NCBI GenBank assembly: GCA_002269645.1
Contig: NIVC01002697.1
Location: 62,001 to 126,000 of the forward strand
Reading direction: 5' to 3'
Origin: Macrostomum lignano
Lineage: Eukaryota
DNA length: 64,000 nt
The number at the start of each line of letters is the position of its first letter. Position 1 is the stretch's first letter. Below, piece after piece: positions 1-64,000 of this stretch. The notes below the pieces were generated by a model. That model searched no databases, was not told the origin of the DNA, and was given only the letters and a program-made list of their open reading frames with translations. The translations under genes were made by a program, and so were the position numbers.

Positions 1-2
1 CT

Positions 3-2483
3 ACCGAAAGGCTACAACTAATTCACAGCGACATATGCGGTCCTATGCAAACAGAGTCATTTGGTGGAAACAATTACTTCGTCACCTTTATTGATGACTA
101 CTCACGCTGCGTTAAGGTTTTCTTCATGCGACAAAGGTCAGAAGTGCTTGATAAGTTTAAGAAGTTTGAAGCCATGGTTACAACAGAAACAGGACTCAAT
201 ATCAAATCACTGCGAACTGACGGCGGCGGAGAGTATGCATCAAGCCAATTTACAAAATTCCTGGAGCAGAAGGGCATTCGGCATGAGACTACCGTGGCTC
301 ATACACCTCAGCAAAATGGCGTTGCTGAACGGATTAATCGCACTCTCGTTGAATCAGCCCGCACAATGATGGCCCATTCTGGAGTAAGCAACCAGTTCTG
401 GGCAGAAGCAGTAAACACCGCAGCTTATGTGCGAAATAGAGTCGTGACGACTGCTCTTACTCCGCAAATGACGCCGTACCAGCGTTGGTATGGGCGCAAA
501 CCTAACGTTGGGCACTTTCGTGTTTTCGGCTGCGTAGCCTATGCCCACATACCAGATGTGAAGCGAAAGAAGCTAGACAAGAAGGCCGAAAAGCTACGGT
601 TTGTTGGCTACAATACGGATGGAAGAAGCTACAGACTGTTTGATGAAAGGTTGAGAAAGACAGTCAGACAGTCATCCGCTATGATGTGGTGTTCAACGAG
701 ACTGATTTTGGAACCTCAAAGAATAGAGCAAGAGACAAGGACGCGAGCTGGTTCAACTTGGAGCTTGATGAGCCCAATATGACAGAAGAGACACCAGGTC
801 AAGAACAGGAACAGTCGACAGAAACTGATCAGAAGCGATATCCTCAACGTGAAAGGAGAGCCCCTGACCGTCTCAAATATGAAGGTGCAAAAGTGGCATC
901 TGAAACCGAACACTTTGCGTTCAGAATGACCGAAATTGTCGAACCGAAAACGATCGACGAAGCCATGAAAGGTGACTGTGCGAAGCAATGGAAAGCTGCC
1001 GCTGACTCAGAATATAATTCCCTGATGGAGAATGAAACCTGGGATCTGGTACGACTACCTGAAGGACGCAAGGCAATCGGATGTAAATGGATCTTTAAGG
1101 TCAAGTATGACGGTGATGGCAAGGTAGATCGTTTTAAGGGAAGACTTGTTGCCAAGGGCTATTCACAGAAGTTCGGCATTGATTATGAAGAGACTTTCGC
1201 GCCAGTTGTAAAATTCCCATCAGTTCGTGCAATGTTGGCATTAGCGGCTAAACATGGATTACACGTTCACCAGATGGACGTTGTAACTGCCTTTTTGAAC
1301 GGCGAATTGTGCGAAGAAATTTACATGGAGCAGCCACCCGGTTTCGTCAAGCCAGGAGAGGAAGAGCTGGTCTGCAAGTTAAAGAAGTCGCTTTATGGAC
1401 TTAAGCAAGCGCCCCGCTGTTGGAACAAAGCCTTTTGTGACTACCTAACCAGAATTAACTTCGAGGAAAGCTCAGCCGAGCGGTGTCTTCATTAGGAAAA
1501 GGGAGGATCTCACGGCCCTAGCTGTGTACGTTGACGACCTAATACTAATTACGAAGAGTCTGGTGGAAATGCAACAAATCAAGGATGAACTTTCCAAAAG
1601 GTTCAAGATGAAAGACATGGGCGAGTTGCACTACTGTCTAGGGGTCAACATCCAAGCAAACAAGGAGGACCGCTGTATCAAGCTTAATCAGAAGCAGTAC
1701 ATAACCAAACTGCTTGAACGCTATGGACTTGCAGAGGCGAACCCAGCCTTAACTCCGATGGATCCCAACGTAAAACTAGCCAAATACGACGAGGGCAGCA
1801 AGCTAGTTGACTCTACAGTTTACCAGTCAATGGTTGGAAGCTTGCTCTATGCAGCAACTGCTACACGTCCAGACATCTCGTATGCAGTGGGAGTTGTCTC
1901 CAAGTTCAACAACAAACCAAGAGAGATACATCTAACCGCAGTAAAACGAATCTTCCGATACCTAAAGGGAACAATCGACTTTGGCCTAGAGTACAACTCT
2001 AGTGTAGAGAACTTGATCGGCTATTCTGATGCAGACTGGGCGAGTAACGTAGATGATCGACATTCCACCTCTGGCATCGTGTTTAAGCTATCTGGTGGCG
2101 CTATCAGCTGGCTTAGCAAGAAGCAATCAACTGTCTCACTCTCGACAACGGAAGCTGAGTACGTAGCGCTGAGCTCTGCAGCACAAGAAGCCATGTGGCT
2201 ACGGCGGCTACTAAGTGATCTTGAAAGATCAGGATCTGAGCGACCCACTGTGATCTACGAGGACAACCAAAGAACCATTGCTCTTTCTGAGAATTCTGCT
2301 GGAAGCCGACGGACAAAGCACATTGATATCAGACATCACTTCATTCGTGAAGCCGTCAGCAATGGGACTATTCGGGTGGTCTACTGTCCAACTGGCGATA
2401 TGGTTGCAGATGCGCTTACTAAGCCGTTATCGAAGGACAAGTTCATGCAACTGCGAACAATGCTTGGAGTTGTTAAAATGTAA
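3..2483 (+). pseudogene. pol: Copia pol (integrase-RT-RNase H), broken into three reading frames
   Basis: Track ORFs 45-782, 686-1495 and 1524-2483 join into one pol if an 8-bp duplication (658-673) and a probable 2-bp loss near 1483-1490 are corrected. The repaired reads are LRKTVIRYDVVFNE and C-VFIRKREDLTALAVYVDDL. Confidence 0.92.
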
Positions 2484-2572
2484 CAGAGGAGTTTGAATTT
2501 ACTGACATCTTAATCGGAACTTTATGAAAACTGGACAAATTTTTGTAACCGCATACATGGACAATTTTCATT

Positions 2573-2805
2573 AAGTGGGAGTGTTGAAAAAGTAATGTAA
2601 ATTGTATCTATGCTAATTATAGTAACTCTCGTTAGATTCCCCAAGTCTTAGAACTTTCTAGAACGATACTGTATAAGTTTGTCTATGCCTAAGACTAAAG
2701 CTATTAAATCAGCCTCTGGCACCATCCTCTCTTAACTTTCCCCTTTTGCTCGTTGACTAAGAAATATACTCGATCAGCTACACTACTGCGTTTGAAAAGC
2801 CAACA
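2573..2805 (+). mobile_element. Copia polypurine tract (2573-2581) and 224-bp 3' LTR (2582-2805)
   Basis: AAGTGGGAG is directly followed by TGTTG...CAACA terminal inverted repeats. The LTR contains TATAAG (~2672) and ATTAAA (~2703). Confidence 0.88.
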
Positions 2806-4207
<1,402 letters not shown>

Positions 4208-4639
4208 TAAGTATTAGCCTAAACGGTCAGTCCATCGGTCTGCCAACATTATATATTTCGTGTCTCTCAGGTTTCTCAAAGTATCTCGCTCTGTTACTCT
4301 CAGCTGTTTCTAAGACAGTGTTTCCAGTGCAGCCCTATCGTATTTCAGTATCTCAGCTGCCTTCGCACAGGACTGTTATTGTTATATTTGTATCAATATG
4401 AATGACAGTCACTGCAAAAACAGTTTCACAGACAGTATCTGTTTCTCACTCAGCTCTAAAGATACGGTACGAGCGCTAATATTTTTAAGAAGCTGGATCT
4501 AATTAAAAGTAAACAAGCGGCGACACCCAGGTAGCTGCCATGCAAGCCGAAAAATTTACTAACTAAAATTCTTTAATTTAAAAGAATTTCATTAAATAGA
4601 GCTGGGTAGACGGAATAGATAAACAAATTAGCATTACTA

Positions 4640-6105
4640 GACTCATTAGTTTATCAACCATAAACTCATTGGATTAACATTTATAAACTCATTAGATTAT
4701 CAGTCATGAACTCATTGGATCATCAGTGATAAAGTCATTGGATTATGAGTCATAAACTCATTGGATTAGCAATAAAAAACTCATAGGAATAGCATTCATA
4801 AACTCATTGGATTAGCAATAAAAAACTCAGGATTAGCATTCATAAACTCATTGGATTAGCATTCATAAACTCATTGGATTAGCATTCATAAACTCATTGG
4901 ATTAGCATTCATAAACTCATAGGATTAGCATTCATAAACTCATAGGATTAGCATTCCTAGACTCATTAGTTTATCATCCATAAACTCATTGGATTAACAT
5001 TTATAAACTCATTAGATTATGAGTTTTAAAGTCTTTGGATTAGCATTCATAAACTCATTGGATTATAAGTCATAAAGACATTGGATTATGAGTCATAAAC
5101 TCATTGGATTAGCAATCAAAAACTCATAGGATTAGCATGCATAAACTCATTGGATTAGCATTCATAAACTCATTGGATTAGCATTCATAAACTCATAGGA
5201 ATAGCATTCATAAACTCATTGGATTAGCATTCATAAACTCATTGGATTATAAGTCATAAAGACATTGGATTATGAGTCATAAACTCATTGGATTAGCAAT
5301 CAAAAACTCATAGGATTAGCATGCATAAACTCATTGGATTAGCATTCATAAACTCATTGGATTAGCATTCATAAACTCATAGGAATAGCATTCATAAACT
5401 CATTGGATTAGCATTCATAAACTCATTGGATTATAAGTCATAAAGACATTGGATTATGAGTCATAAACTCATTGGATTAGCAATCAAAAACTCATAGGAT
5501 TAGCATGCATAAACTCATTGGATTAGCATTCATAAACTCATTGGATTAGCATTCATAAACTCATAGGAATAGCATTCATAAACTCATTGGATTAGCAATC
5601 AAAAACTCATAGGATTAGCATGCATAAAATCATTGGATTAGCATTCATAAACTCATTGGATTAGCAATCAAAAACTCATTGGATTAGCATTCCTGAACTC
5701 ATTGGATTAGCATTCATAAACTCATTGGATTAGCATTCCTGAACTCATTGGATTAGCATTCATAAACTCATTGGATTAGCATTCCTGAACTCATTGGATT
5801 AGCATTAATAGACTCATTGGATTAGCATTCATAAACTCATTGGATTAGCATTCCTGAACTCATTGGATTAGCATTCATAAACTCATTGGATTAGCATTCC
5901 TGAACTCATTGGATTAGCATTAATAGACTCATTGGATTAGCATTCATAAACTCATTGGATTAGCATTCCTGAACTCATTGGATTAGCATTCATAAACTCA
6001 TTGGATTAGCATTCCTGAACTCATTGGATTAGCATTCATAAACTCATTGGATTAGCATTCATAAACTCATTGGATTAGCATGCATAAACTCTTTGGATGA
6101 GCACT
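4640..6105. repeat. 23-bp minisatellite (ATAAACTCATTGGATTAGCATTC) with 184-bp higher-order units
   Basis: The unit is read directly. The variant block TATAAGTCATAAAGAC recurs at 5064, 5248 and 5432. Confidence 0.97.
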
Positions 6106-6150
6106 ATAAAGAAAGCGGCAGAAAGCATGTCAGAGCCAGGCCACAGCCTC

Positions 6151-6180
6151 TCAGCCAATCAGAGCCATCAGCCAATCAGC
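6151..6180 (+). promoter_or_regulatory. Paired CCAAT (NF-Y type) boxes, candidate neurexin promoter
   Basis: AGCCAATCAG occurs twice (CCAAT at 6155-6159 and 6172-6176), about 190-210 bp upstream of the ATG at 6364. The transcription start is not known. Confidence 0.45.
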
Positions 6181-6363
6181 TTCGCTCACTTGCTTCCCCA
6201 TTCAGCTATAGTTCTACATTTATATCAGCCAGCAAAGCTCTGTAAGCTCTATTAGCCTAGATAGAATTCACTAAAGACGGATATCTGCTGCAGTCTAGCT
6301 GAGCACGATGACTCAAATGTTCACCATGCCAGAGCCAACAGCCCAATTAAAAACCGGCTGGAG

Positions 6364-64000
<57,637 letters not shown>

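Larger units (their letters stand above)
1..2805 (+). mobile_element. Ty1/copia LTR retrotransposon, 3' part (5' end lies outside the window), inactivated by frameshifts
   Basis: Domain order integrase then RT then RNase H is copia-type. Motifs read: LIHSDICGPM, FIDDYSR, LRTDGGGEY, QQNGVAER (integrase); CKWIFKVK, RLVAKGYSQ, HQMDVVTAFLNG, KSLYGLKQAPRCW, YVDDL (RT); DADWA, TEAEY, KHIDIRHHFIRE, ADALTKPL (RNase H). A PPT and a 3' LTR follow. Confidence 0.97.

Overview
Eukaryotic, very repeat-rich genomic DNA. GC-rich exons sit in introns full of tandem arrays, a style reminiscent of the flatworm Macrostomum, although the species is an inference. The window holds almost one complete alpha-neurexin gene on the + strand. 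I reconstructed 17 coding exons by hand from 6364 to beyond 64000. All have GT-AG junctions with matching phases and give about 1600 codons: signal peptide, LNS1-EGF1-LNS2-LNS3-EGF2-LNS4-LNS5-EGF3-LNS6, Cys-loop stalk, transmembrane helix and the start of the cytoplasmic tail. Upstream lies the 3' half of a frameshifted Ty1/copia LTR retrotransposon (1-2805). The 26.5 kb third intron contains a 3.6 kb Ty3/gypsy (Mag-like) element with both LTRs but an internal deletion of the gag C-terminus, protease and RT start. Roughly 45% of the window (hand estimate) is tandem repeat, in about 40 separate micro- and minisatellite arrays. Almost every intron has its own private unit, arrays often start or end close to splice sites, and unit lengths cluster at 20-24 bp. 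Most long ORFs in the supplied track are translations of these repeats and are not genes. No CRISPR array, rRNA or intact tRNA gene is supported.
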